Source of the DNA: Trichomonas gallinae
Taxonomy: Eukaryota
DNA length: 34,977 nucleotides
NCBI GenBank assembly: GCA_008369845.1
Contig: MRSU01003482.1
Location: forward strand, 1-34,977
Direction: 5' to 3'
Shown here: in pieces, positions 1-9,798 of the stretch
Position numbering within the stretch: the stretch's first letter is position 1
Layout: every line of letters starts with the position of its first letter
Made by a program: the position numbers and the translations under genes
Notes under the pieces: model-generated
The model's database searches: none
What the model saw: only the letters and a program-made list of their open reading frames with translations
What the model was told of the DNA's origin: nothing

Positions 1-141
1 AAGTGCTAACTGGGAGCCCATTTTTGGTACCTTTATGTGACCTTTCGTTTCAGACCTGACTTTTGAAAATCAGTTTATAAAACATGGAAAATTAAATTTT
101 GACACTGATGATTTACATAGCAAATTTATAAAAACGTGACA

Positions 142-1407
142 ATGCCTCCTAAGATAGATTTTATCAATAATCCATATGCAATTCTATTCTTTGTGCTATG
201 GATGCTGTGGACATTGTACTTTTGCTTCAATCTTTACTTGTTCTTTTCGCATAGAAACTCGTTTTACATTAAATCTCGATCTCCATGGTGTATTTTCTCG
301 TCAGCTTTAGGTCAGTATATGATGATTTTCATTTTCAGCTGGAAGCTAATCATGAAACCAGAGAATTTCCCTAATTTCCTCGATCATTTATTCATTTGGG
401 TTGCTATTCCTCTCCATTTTATCCCATATCCAGTACGAGCACTTCAATATATTGTTAAATATCATATTGGTAAAGCTTACGCGGACAAAGAAGAAATAGA
501 AGAAAATGAAACTGGCGGAACTTACTCACAGACTTGGATTAAGATCTCACAGCATAAATATTTCCTAACTGATCAAGCTTTCCTCATCTACTCCCTCTTT
601 CTTTTCATGTTTCCTTTTGTCGTAGGATTATATCGCTTTATCAGATATCCAGAAAACAGGCCTGGACATTACGGCAATGGCATCCAGCAGTCTACATACA
701 TATTTTCAGGAGTTTTTATTCTTATTACATCAATATTCCTTTGGGTTTGTTTTTATCACTTAAGAAACGTTCATGATGAGATTGCTGTTGGCACAGAGTT
801 GAAGACTATAGGTATTTGTTGGATTGTTTGCATCCCATTCTATATTGGCTTCGGTCTTGCAAATCTTGCATATCCAGATAAAATTGCGCCTGAAATTTCG
901 CCAATATTTGGTGTTATTTTATGCATGGTTTCATTTATGACATCGTTCTCAATGCCAGTCAGCCTTGCCACGTGGAAGAATCCAGACTTTAAGTTGACAA
1001 TTCCGCAATTCAGGTCAGTTGATGCTGTTATGGAAGACCCATATGCATATAAGATGCTTAGGAAGTTCATGCAGAAGAATGCATGCGTAGAAAACCTACT
1101 TTTCATCCGAGATACAACTAAATTTAAGAGCGAAACTGATCCAGACAACCTTCGTGCGATGTCTAAGAAGATATTCGAGAAATATATATTCGAAGAAGCT
1201 CCAATGGAAGTTAATATTGGTGGAAGAATTAGAAATGAAGTTCTTAAACATATCAATGAAATTTCACCAAATATATTTGATGCAGCTATCAACGAAACAA
1301 AGAAACTCATTTTACAAGATCAATTGCCCGGATTCATGCAATCTCATGAAATGCAGCAGTACATCAAGAACTATAAGGTCAGCCTTATTCCTGCTGGCAT
1401 CAACTAA
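142..1407 (+). CDS. Seven-transmembrane regulator of G-protein signalling (7TM-RGS)
   Basis: About 7 hydrophobic segments in the first ~280 aa, then a C-terminal RGS box (LRKFMQKNACVENLLF...IFEKYIFEEAPMEVNIGG...IFDAA...DQLPGFMQS). First ATG is at 142; the ORF track start at 136 is GTG. Confidence 0.9.
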   Translation: MPPKIDFINNPYAILFFVLWMLWTLYFCFNLYLFFSHRNSFYIKSRSPWCIFSSALGQYMMIFIFSWKLIMKPENFPNFLDHLFIWVAIPLHFIPYPVRALQYIVKYHIGKAYADKEEIEENETGGTYSQTWIKISQHKYFLTDQAFLIYSLFLFMFPFVVGLYRFIRYPENRPGHYGNGIQQSTYIFSGVFILITSIFLWVCFYHLRNVHDEIAVGTELKTIGICWIVCIPFYIGFGLANLAYPDKIAPEISPIFGVILCMVSFMTSFSMPVSLATWKNPDFKLTIPQFRSVDAVMEDPYAYKMLRKFMQKNACVENLLFIRDTTKFKSETDPDNLRAMSKKIFEKYIFEEAPMEVNIGGRIRNEVLKHINEISPNIFDAAINETKKLILQDQLPGFMQSHEMQQYIKNYKVSLIPAGIN

Positions 1408-1477
1408 TGCTTTTATTTATTGTTTTGTTTTAAATTGTTTCCTATTTTCTCAACCAACTTTTGTCAAAAAATGTCTA

Positions 1478-1622
1478 TTTACGTGACAAATTCCTGTTAT
1501 TACAGTCATTACATGTCAAAAATATTCACTTTATGCATCAAATGTCAAAAATTTTCGGGTTTACATGTCAAATTATAGAAATTATGATCTCTACACGCCA
1601 AATTTTTATCTTTACGTGTCAA
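1478..1622. promoter_or_regulatory. Cluster of TTTACRTGWCA motifs upstream of the 1642 gene
   Basis: tttacgtgaca at 1478, ttacatgtca at 1509, tttacatgtca at 1560 and tttacgtgtca at 1611. Confidence 0.55.
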
Positions 1623-1641
1623 ATTTCGTTAAAAAATAAGA

Positions 1642-2895
1642 ATGAGTACAGAAACCTTTCAATCTAAACCACATACATTTTCTGAAAATGAAAATAATGC
1701 ATTCAAGCACAACACAATTGTTGAGACGAGTCTAAGCATACTCCTAATAGTATCATTCTTCATCGTGGCTTTAAGATCAGGAACAAATATTATTACAGGA
1801 AGCAAATTCAGCCAAATTCAATCGATTCATTCACAATCTACACTTACAATTAAAACGCATGTTGATAATTTATGCCCAGAAAATAAACAATTATTAATCA
1901 ATGGAAATATGGTGCTATACAATCCAATAAATTCTCTAACAAGATTGTTTGATGCCGAATTAAACATTGCACGATATAAAGATGGTATAAAAATATCATC
2001 AGAGACTTCTAAAAAACAATATAACGTTACATTTCACGATGAATTGGAAAATTCTGATAATTTTGTAATATATAATGAGCAAGTTACAACATTCGATGCT
2101 GTTGAAATCGTTATCACATTAATAGGAAATCTTCAGAATGTGAAAGGCGTTAATACATCATTTAAATATACAAATCCTAAGCCAGAAAGTGTTACTGAGA
2201 CTGTAGTATTCGTTACAGGAATATTAACGCTTATTGCAGCTTTTAATTTGATTATGAAAATTAATAGCAGCAAATCAGAGGACAATGAAGAAAATGAGAT
2301 TATTATCCTGACATCTTCGACTGTTATGACTGTTGCTGCTCATTTTATTTGCTATAATTTCTTGAATCGTGATTTTTCAAAATTAATTGATGCAATCGTT
2401 CTGATAATATTTTTATCAGTCTTCAGGATAATATCCGCACATCGACTATTCACAATGTTCAAAGACAAGCTTCCAGAATATTATATTTATATTATCGATT
2501 CAATTCTTGTTCTTTTCACAATATATGAGAATATATTCATGGCTAAGAATGTAATCCTTCCATTCGCATATCTAAATCCTAAAATCAAAGATATGATTTC
2601 AATTTCTTTGCATGCAGTTATTTCATTAACAGCTATCATCTGTTCACTATATTATATTCATTCAAGCCCTGCAAATGCAAAGATTGCAGTGACAACAAAT
2701 TTAATTTTCATAATTTTCGCTGCAATTGTTAGTATTTTGTCACAAGTTGTTTTCCCATATATTTCTTTGTTTGAGGGATCTTTTGTTCCTTCATTTTTCT
2801 TCTATACATCTCATTTTATATTAGCAAACTCGATTATATATAGCTATAATCCAATTTTGTACCAAAAAACGCCACACGCATTAGAAAGACTCTAA
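1642..2895 (+). CDS. Multipass membrane protein, possibly Wntless/TMEM181-like topology
   Basis: 417-aa ORF with an N-terminal TM helix, a ~140-aa luminal beta-rich region and then ~7 hydrophobic helices. The family is inferred from topology only. Confidence 0.7.
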   Translation: MSTETFQSKPHTFSENENNAFKHNTIVETSLSILLIVSFFIVALRSGTNIITGSKFSQIQSIHSQSTLTIKTHVDNLCPENKQLLINGNMVLYNPINSLTRLFDAELNIARYKDGIKISSETSKKQYNVTFHDELENSDNFVIYNEQVTTFDAVEIVITLIGNLQNVKGVNTSFKYTNPKPESVTETVVFVTGILTLIAAFNLIMKINSSKSEDNEENEIIILTSSTVMTVAAHFICYNFLNRDFSKLIDAIVLIIFLSVFRIISAHRLFTMFKDKLPEYYIYIIDSILVLFTIYENIFMAKNVILPFAYLNPKIKDMISISLHAVISLTAIICSLYYIHSSPANAKIAVTTNLIFIIFAAIVSILSQVVFPYISLFEGSFVPSFFFYTSHFILANSIIYSYNPILYQKTPHALERL

Positions 2896-2937
2896 TATAT
2901 ATATACGTATATGTTTTGTTTTATAAAGGTTAATATC

Positions 2938-3230
2938 AAAAGCACTTTGATATATATATTTTAAATCATGATGCTCTCAAGCTTAATATTATTGATCTTT
3001 GAATTGCTTTGTTACGTAATCTATCATAGGAAGTTGTCAAGCACATTCATTCACTTCCTTCTTGACAGCATAATACTTTGATTCAGGCTATTAAAGAAAA
3101 ACAGTTTATTCTTCAGATGTTTTCGTTAATAACCAATTACAGAAAACCAGCTTTGATTTTTGCTTCAGAAAATGGTCATGATAAAATCAAAGAAATGCTA
3201 AGAACTTATAATAGTTTAATTTCACAATAT
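2938..3230 (+). pseudogene. Degraded ankyrin-repeat gene remnant
   Basis: Broken ankyrin motifs with stops and frameshifts: ...EVVKHIHSLP at ~3030 and KPALIFASENGHDKIKEMLRT at ~3143-3205. Confidence 0.6.
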
Positions 3231-3562
3231 AGATCTGAACCTTTTCTAAATCCATTGGGATTTTAAAATCCATCTCATCCCTATGCCTCTCCATGTGGCA
3301 TTGTAAAATGGAACAATGTATATTTTTTGTGGTACAACTATGAAATATCTAAATAAATTTCATACTTGAAGGTGAAGGATGTTATACTTTTCATATTGTA
3401 AAATTAAAAAATAAATCTAGGCCATATTTTATTATGTTTGAGCGATACCTGAGCCGAATTGCAAACGATTAAAGCTTACGCAGACTTCAGCTAGGATGAA
3501 TCACTCGAATTTCCTAGTAATTGGTCAAGAACGGAATCAATTGGCCATTGTTTGATACAAAC

Positions 3563-3645
3563 CATTTGCATCTATTTCGGGAACTGTGACAATGAGTTTG
3601 ACAACTTCATGATGACATTTTTGTGAAGCTAAAATCAAAGCTTCT
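3563..3645 (-). pseudogene. Isolated ankyrin repeat relic
   Basis: The minus strand translates as EALILASQKCHHEVVKLIVTVPEIDAN, closely resembling the repeat at 29475-29555. Confidence 0.65.
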
Positions 3646-3893
3646 TTAGCATCAAATTGTTGAGTTTTGACAATAAACCTGCTAAAATCAGATTCATTGG
3701 GAATAATATGGTCATAATTGCTGCATCCATCAAATTCTATGATGAGATGATCAAGCTGGATATTATCTTCATCGATTGAACGATCATAGATAAACTGATC
3801 ATTTCTGTTTTTAATTAAATATTTGGTGAGTTGTGATGTTATTAAAGTAGTAATTTAAATAATAAATATATTTATATAAATTAAAAAAAAAAG

Positions 3894-5027
3894 TTATTTC
3901 TTCTTACCTCTGCCGCGCTTTGGTTTAGGCAGTGGGCCTCTAATCTTGGAGTGGAGAAGGTATAAAATCTTAATCTTATTCATAATTTGTGTCTGAGAGT
4001 TTCTCAACTCATTCTGCTTCGCTCTTTCCTTGGCTCTTTCTGTCTCCAAGTTCATCAGTCTCTCAGCTTCTTCCTTCTCAGGCTTGAGCTCGTTGAAGTC
4101 GGCTGTAGCTGAGTCTATGCGGCGCTTGAAGCCCTGGAGTTTCTCCGTTTCCTGCTTGATGTCTGTTTCGTATTTGTCCGTCCATTCTTTCATCATCTGG
4201 TTGATCTTGGATCTGCGGCGCTCGAAGTAGGAGAGTGTCACAGAGTGGACATTCTTCTCGTTCTGTAGCTGGAGCTTGGCGTTGATGACTTGTTGTGTTA
4301 AACGGCTTTGATTTAATTCGTTCATGTTCTGCTGAGCTTCGAGTCTGGCCTGGCGCTCATCATCTCTGTTAGCCTTGACGTCCTCGATTCTTGCCTGAGT
4401 CTGCTGGAGCTCCTCTTTGCTTGCTTTAATCTTGATATCTAAGTCTTCAAGCTGACGTGCCATTTCCGCTTCTGTCTTGCGGATCTTCTCATCGAGGTCT
4501 TTGATTTCCTTCTGCATATCTTTGTCTTGCTGCATGATTTGCATCATCTTGTTATATGCTGTTGTGCGTCCAGAAGCCCATTCGTATATACCCTGGAACG
4601 AGTACGTGGAAAGAAGCTCCTTCCTGAATGACTCGAAGTGAGTAATTAAGTCTGTACGTTCAGTTTGAATTTTAAGAAGGTTTTGAGAGACGTTAGGAGA
4701 TTCACGAAGGTGCTTGCAAAGTTCTCTTGTAAGCTCCTGGAGCTCGTGAGCCTGGGCTTCGATTTTGTCTTGGTTCTTTTTATATCTAGTTTTATTTGAA
4801 AGAGATTTTAATTCTGAGCGGCGCTTGACGAGTACTTCGTACTTTTCCTCGCAAACCTTTTGTTCTTTGATGATTTGAGCGACAGTATTTCCCAAAATAT
4901 TTGATAACTCGTCTCTCTGCGTGATAACACTCGGCGTAAGACTCTGAAGGACACGGAGTCTGTCCAGGCAGTCTTCAACAGCACCAGCAACACAAATCGC
5001 TTCGAGCGGACGAAGTTTGCACTGCAT
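3894..5027 (-). CDS. Dynein regulatory complex subunit 9 / IQCG-like coiled-coil protein
   Basis: N-terminal LEAICVAGAVEDCLDRL, central LCKHLRESPN..NLLKIQTER, a long coiled coil and a basic C-terminal tail (GPLPKPKRGRGKKK), as in DRC9/IQCG. First ATG is at 5027. Confidence 0.7.
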   Translation of the reverse strand: MQCKLRPLEAICVAGAVEDCLDRLRVLQSLTPSVITQRDELSNILGNTVAQIIKEQKVCEEKYEVLVKRRSELKSLSNKTRYKKNQDKIEAQAHELQELTRELCKHLRESPNVSQNLLKIQTERTDLITHFESFRKELLSTYSFQGIYEWASGRTTAYNKMMQIMQQDKDMQKEIKDLDEKIRKTEAEMARQLEDLDIKIKASKEELQQTQARIEDVKANRDDERQARLEAQQNMNELNQSRLTQQVINAKLQLQNEKNVHSVTLSYFERRRSKINQMMKEWTDKYETDIKQETEKLQGFKRRIDSATADFNELKPEKEEAERLMNLETERAKERAKQNELRNSQTQIMNKIKILYLLHSKIRGPLPKPKRGRGKKK

Positions 5028-5589
5028 TGATACTTTTGTAACGTTTATTTTCAATTTTTTTTTTCATTCACAAAACTTTTTATTTATTGAGTTTTATAAC
5101 TATTCCTTATAACAGTAGATTCACTAGACTTATATCCATCATGTTGTTGCATAATTTTATATATTTTACATTCATCATTTTCTATTTTTGATTGCTATTT
5201 TCCTATTTATTGAACATTGATGCAAATTAATTATATATATATTATCAATCCATCTAAATGTCTTTATTATTGTAAAAGAAAATCATATAGTTTACATTCA
5301 TATTTTTATACTTTTGATTTTTATTTTCCTATTTATTATGCTTCGATGCAAGTTAATTTAATATTATATATACATATTGGAATATCTTGGTCATTATATC
5401 AAAAACTCATATACTCTGCTTGCAAAATTTTAAATAATAAAATTTCAATTAGTATTTGTCGATTTCTAAAGGAAATGAATCATAAATAACGTATATAAAT
5501 AACAACATATTTATTATAAGCGCAAAGATTTGTATGTTTTATTGCTTTATTATATAGTTTCTCTTCAAAATGCTTTTGATAACTTTTTT

Positions 5590-6171
5590 TCATTCCTGGA
5601 ACGAATTTTCTGCTATTTTATTGATCCACGAGAAGTATTTGACACCCATTCCTTCTGCCACTTGTTTGAACCAGTCCCTGCAATCATATTTATATGGGAA
5701 TAGTTCAATGACTGCGGTTTTGTAACTAGTCAGTCACAACATGTGTGACAGCGCGCTTCCGTGGATAGAAATTAAAATTGATGCATTGCAAATCTCTTCG
5801 ATCTGTTCTTTCATTGACTGATTGTTGAATATCATGTAGTCTGTGTCAATGTTAGGAGCCCACTTCTTCATTTCTTCATGTAGTTCCTTTCCATTTATTA
5901 TGTTTCTCATTTTCGTGTCTCTGTCAACGAAAACTATCCGTGGTTTTATAGTTTTTCTGCAGATGAATTGGCTGATATTATAACAATTAATCACATGCTC
6001 CCTGTAGTTCATGAATGATATGTCATCGAATTCGTAAGGCAGAAGGTATCCGTTCTTCCACTTTTTCAGGAGTGACATATTCTGACTTTGGAACTCCGAG
6101 CAAGAAATTCTTGAAGCATGCTCCGTTTCCGTAACTCTCAGATGAAAATATAATCTTTGGTAATATTTCAT
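5590..6171 (-). pseudogene. Glycosyltransferase family 61 (DUF563-type) pseudogene or fragment
   Basis: IVFVDR..RNIIN..EL..SMKEQI..ASILISIHGSALSHML*LTSYKTAVIELFPYKY..DWFKQVAEGMGVKYFSW. The GT61 C-terminal motif continues in frame past a TGA at 5734-5736 to a second TGA at 5590-5592. Confidence 0.75.
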
Positions 6172-6316
6172 GAGTTGTTAATGTATTTTTGGTAAATTCG
6201 CAATATAAAACGAAAACGATAACTAATATCTTAAAATTGAAATGTTCAAAACATTGAAAAAAATCAAAAATAAAATTTCAAGTAACATTTAATGGATAAC
6301 AATGATAATCAATATA

Positions 6317-7111
6317 TCACTGCTTTGGCTTGATAACCGCGTTTGGTTTAAGCAGTTTATGATGTGATTCTAATGTGTGCTCACAGAATTTAAGAGCAAA
6401 TTGTAATGAAAATCCAATGAAAAGAGCGAGACCTTCTGAAATAGTATTGGACATATACCAAAACTGCATAACGCAATAGAAAAGCATATATCCAATTGTA
6501 GATAGCATTGTTGACTGATTGTACATTACTTTGTATTCAGCGTCTGCATATACTAGGAAAATTGAAATGATTGGGCCAGCAATGCATAAGACAATTGATA
6601 AGTACATATAAAATATTGGATAAAGGAGCCAAATGAAGTAGCATAAGGAACTAATAGCGACACTAATGAAGATTTGAGATAAATTATTCTTTCCTGAGAT
6701 CCAAACAACTAAGAATACAATTACGAAAAAGACAACTGAAAAAATTGGCCTTGTATTGATATTTAAGAGGAGTACAATTGTAGCGACGCCGATGTGGCCA
6801 TTTGGATTGTTATATGGTGGCATTAATAAATCTGTATAGGCAATCGTGTCGTATTTTGTTAAATTGATGAATTTAAATATTGGATATAAAGCCGGATAAA
6901 GAAGAATTGGGATCAAAAACAGTGTGTTGTACTTATATACAAAATCACGAATATCTTCAACGATAGATTGATCCATGAAATAGAACGCCAGCTTCATTAT
7001 CTGAAACGCCCACTTGATAATGCCGGGGTTGAAATTACGATATGCATTGTCAAGATACAAATATACTGTTTTCATAAATATTTTTTTGTATGCGATCGCA
7101 AAAGTGACCAT
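6317..7111 (-). CDS. Multipass membrane protein, PAP2/phosphatidic acid phosphatase-like (degenerate)
   Basis: Hydrophobic 264-aa ORF. PNGH resembles the PAP2 PSGH motif, and the third motif region (SGKNNLSQIFIS) is degenerate. The start could instead be the ATG at 7075, downstream of the GTCACTTT Inr. Confidence 0.55.
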   Translation of the reverse strand: MVTFAIAYKKIFMKTVYLYLDNAYRNFNPGIIKWAFQIMKLAFYFMDQSIVEDIRDFVYKYNTLFLIPILLYPALYPIFKFINLTKYDTIAYTDLLMPPYNNPNGHIGVATIVLLLNINTRPIFSVVFFVIVFLVVWISGKNNLSQIFISVAISSLCYFIWLLYPIFYMYLSIVLCIAGPIISIFLVYADAEYKVMYNQSTMLSTIGYMLFYCVMQFWYMSNTISEGLALFIGFSLQFALKFCEHTLESHHKLLKPNAVIKPKQ

Positions 7112-7354
7112 GATGATTCACCCGAAACCGCGTCGCGTTTTCATTCTTACCAATTAAAGAAGACGAAAGATAGCCTAATAATTAAGTTTCTGATCAGGCA
7201 CAATCTGGAAATAGTAGGCCCAAATCTCAAGAATAACATTGTCAGAAAATCTTAAAAATGCCAATATCATATTTGACATGTAACGTGGGGTAAATTTGTC
7301 GCGTAAAACACTCTTTGTAAAGGTAATTGTTAGATTTTTAAAGTTTAAATCTTC

Positions 7355-7440
7355 TTGATGAAAACCTGTATTTAAGCGCATTTTCTAGTTGCCATGCCCA
7401 TATATGACAACTAGGGAAAGCGCTTAAATGCTTTCATCAA
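7355..7440. repeat. Long imperfect inverted repeat (hairpin)
   Basis: ttgatgaaa(acct)gtatttaagcgcattttctagttgccat - gcccatat - atgacaactagggaaagcgcttaaatgctttcatcaa; about 37-bp stem with an 8-nt loop. Confidence 0.85.
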
Positions 7441-7534
7441 TGTTTTTCAAGGAATTTGTTTTATTTGAAAATTTCGACAAAACACGCATAATTACACTTT
7501 GTTATAAAACAAATAATAAAAATAATAATGTTGA

Positions 7535-9148
7535 TCATTCTGACGAAGATTTTCTGTCATCATCAATAATCACTTGATTCGGTGAAAATACAAACATTCT
7601 TTCGTATGGTTTCCTGCATGAATATGATTCAGGACGTGCAGGAAGATATGATTCATATGAGTCATAATTTTCGATTTCAGGCATCAATTCGGATAATTTG
7701 TTTAGCACATTTGTGCATGAAAAAGAATCTGCATACATTTGTGCATTCCAACCATCTTCATCAACTGCTTCAATATCAGCACCTAACTCAATAAGCTTGC
7801 CAAATATCTCTGCATTGTCACTTTTCGCTGCATGTATTAAAGAAGTTTTTCCATTTTTATCTTTTGCTTCAATGTCTGCACCATAGGCAACTAAAACCGA
7901 CAATATTTCAGCATTATTATTTGCTGCTGCTATCATAAGAGATGTCCATCCATATTTGTCTTTGGCTTCCATATTTGCGCCGCTTTCAATCAAAAGAATT
8001 GCAGTTTCAATGCTGTTAAACATTGCAGCACGCATCAATGCTGTCCACCCGCCTTTATTTGTAGCTTCAATTTTTGCATTTGCTTCTATCAATTTCCTGG
8101 CAGTTTCTGTGCTATTATTTCCGGCTGCTATCATAAGAGGTGTCCATCCATCATTATTAGTGATTTCAATGTAGGCACCATATTGTATCAATTTTTCTGC
8201 AGTTTCTGAATTGTCGAATTTAGCAGCATTCTTTAGACATGTTTTTCCATTTCCATCTATATAATCAATTTCTGCACCCAATTTCATTAAATCATCTATA
8301 AGACTTGGTATGCCGAATATGCTTGATTTAACAAAAGTATCATTAACGTCAAAAAGCGTGAAAAATTCTATAAAAATAGGAAAATTCATATATTTGATAA
8401 CTTTTGCTATAGGAATATCAATATTATAATTTTTGTTGAAAGATAAAACATATTCATTGTTATGCGTTTTGATGCATTGCTTCATTGTGAATTCATCAGG
8501 TTGACATTTGCTGAGACATTCTTCAATAATTTTTTTATTTTTCCCAACAAAACTGTTATCGAGAAATTCTTTCGTTATTTGAACACCGTTACTTATCAAG
8601 AACATGAAGCATCGAACAGCACCATAATAACAACTCCAAGAACCAATATCACGATCATTTATTATTGCATTTTTGTCGAAATTTGATTTCATAAAACTTT
8701 CAAGATCATCGTGGAGAATACTATGCATAATGAATTTTTCAGGATATATATTAATGATATCATCGATCGATTGGTTCTCAAAGTTCTCATAATATTTCGG
8801 AATTTTTGATTTTGATTGAGTTTTAAGGTTGTATTCTTTATGACATAGAATACGAATAGATGGCTCTAGATAATTCATATTTGGTCTGATTTCGAATTTC
8901 TCATAGATTTTTTGGAATAGAATCCAATAATCTGATAAAAAATGTGGATTACACTCAGAAGCAAGAGATATAATGCGATATATGCCTTGGATATCCAAAT
9001 TCAGCGATTCTTTCAAATTTATTAATTCAGAAAATAAATTTTCTCTTTCTCCTTGTTTCATGCTGAATAAGCGTTTATCAAACTCCAGCATGCTTTTGTA
9101 CTTCTCTTTCCAGTCCATTTCACCTCTAAGTTCTTGTTTCACAGTCAT
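7535..9148 (-). CDS. DUF3447 plus ankyrin repeat protein (trichomonad-expanded family)
   Basis: WSCYYGAVRCFMFL...CIKTHNNEYV (DUF3447) followed by ~6 ankyrin repeats (GWTPLMIAA, GWTALMRAA, GWTSLMIAA...GADIEAKDK). First ATG is at 9148. Confidence 0.9.
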   Translation of the reverse strand: MTVKQELRGEMDWKEKYKSMLEFDKRLFSMKQGERENLFSELINLKESLNLDIQGIYRIISLASECNPHFLSDYWILFQKIYEKFEIRPNMNYLEPSIRILCHKEYNLKTQSKSKIPKYYENFENQSIDDIINIYPEKFIMHSILHDDLESFMKSNFDKNAIINDRDIGSWSCYYGAVRCFMFLISNGVQITKEFLDNSFVGKNKKIIEECLSKCQPDEFTMKQCIKTHNNEYVLSFNKNYNIDIPIAKVIKYMNFPIFIEFFTLFDVNDTFVKSSIFGIPSLIDDLMKLGAEIDYIDGNGKTCLKNAAKFDNSETAEKLIQYGAYIEITNNDGWTPLMIAAGNNSTETARKLIEANAKIEATNKGGWTALMRAAMFNSIETAILLIESGANMEAKDKYGWTSLMIAAANNNAEILSVLVAYGADIEAKDKNGKTSLIHAAKSDNAEIFGKLIELGADIEAVDEDGWNAQMYADSFSCTNVLNKLSELMPEIENYDSYESYLPARPESYSCRKPYERMFVFSPNQVIIDDDRKSSSE

Positions 9149-9798
9149 AATCTGAAAAGTGTCAGAATGTAACGAATAATACAAATAAAACCGATTCGAT
9201 TTTCACATAATGCAGCATCATATATATTCAATTGAATACACGAAAACTTCGAAATAAACAACTTGCACCATTCAAAATTATTTCGGAAAAGCTAGTTCAT
9301 TAAATTTAAATTGTTCATTATGTATTATTATGTCAATATATGACATTTGTTAGGATTTTTTATTTCAAATTGTGTTTTCAAACTATCGAATTGAAAACAA
9401 AATTCAAATTTATCATTCCGCAACATCTTAAAGCTATATTTTAAACGATTTATTTTTGTCAAAAACCGATTCCGATATGAGTTTATGTGTCAAATATTCA
9501 TTTACATGTCAATTTTTCAACTGTTTTTTCGAATTTAGATATTACAAATACGATACGTACACTATAATAAAATCAATTTTTACTAAATATTATCTTGAAT
9601 ACTCTTCATTGTGACTTAATTTCATAAACAATAAGTCAAAAGAATGGCATTTCATTCTTTTTATCATTAAAATAATGATTTTGACTTTATAAATTTATCT
9701 TCTTGATACCATAAAGATATAGAAACAAATATTAAAATTTTAATGAATTAATATCCATCTGGAAAAAGCAAATGCAATCAAATAATATTTAAAAACAA

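Noticed and set aside
3258..3271. 14-bp perfect palindrome ggattttaaaatcc
   Set aside because: Low complexity and plausible by chance in AT-rich sequence.
5217..5489. 90-aa ORF and similar short AT-rich ORFs (1461, 12956, 24915, 29570)
   Set aside because: Their I/Y/F/K/N-rich composition is typical of chance ORFs in AT-rich intergenic DNA.
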